This document shows positions 63,975-64,000 of a stretch of 64,000 nucleotides of DNA, piece after piece; positions within the stretch are counted from its first letter, which is position 1, and the number at the start of each line of letters is the position of its first letter. The notes under the pieces were generated by a model. That model made no database searches. It saw only the letters and a list, made by a program, of their open reading frames with translations, and was not told the DNA's origin. The stretch spans positions 544,001-608,000 of the forward strand of contig CAXXNF010000002.1 in NCBI GenBank assembly GCA_963666365.2, read 5' to 3'. The stretch comes from Syntrophales bacterium. Its GTDB lineage: Bacteria; Desulfobacterota; Syntrophia; Syntrophales; UBA2210. The position numbers were made by a program, and so were the translations under genes.

Positions 63975-64000
63975 GCCTGGGTGGCGGAACTGGTAGACGC
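63975..64000 (+). tRNA. 5' part of a tRNA-Leu, cut by the window end
   Basis: GCCTGGGTGGCGGAACTGGTAGACGC is a typical tRNA-Leu acceptor and D-arm; anticodon not visible. Confidence 0.8.

Overview
Chromosomal window from an anaerobic Gram-negative bacterium. Gene content (selenocysteine formate dehydrogenase, multiheme cytochromes, Lpt and LpxH genes) suggests Desulfobacterota, possibly Syntrophales; this is an inference. 1-13.6 kb is housekeeping: pan leader, panC-panD, a divergent metK with ahcY, lptFG, lpxH, speB with a pyruvoyl arginine decarboxylase, a histidine kinase with a receiver-adenylate cyclase, and tRNA-fMet. About 13.6-29.5 kb is an accessory region after the tRNA. It holds an integrase-less integron cassette array (six attC-like sites with matching core boxes), a complete IS1634 with a 6-bp target duplication, two DUF1566 paralogs that look like DGR targets, a 1.4-kaa secreted protein and a transglutaminase lipoprotein with an in-frame TAG. 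29.5-64 kb is mostly core: split PurH functions, a Liv-type ABC transporter, fdhE-fdnGHI with a Sec codon, a partial mannose-family PTS, rimI, pyrKD, lpdA, two MtaD-like deaminases and the start of a tRNA-Leu. The top candidate for a little-described system is 56057-60728. There an octaheme cytochrome c, split in the ORF track by an in-frame UGA (probable Sec), is co-encoded with a double rhodanese and a CbcL-like 9-heme/cytochrome b membrane protein. All family assignments come from motif recognition; no searches were run.
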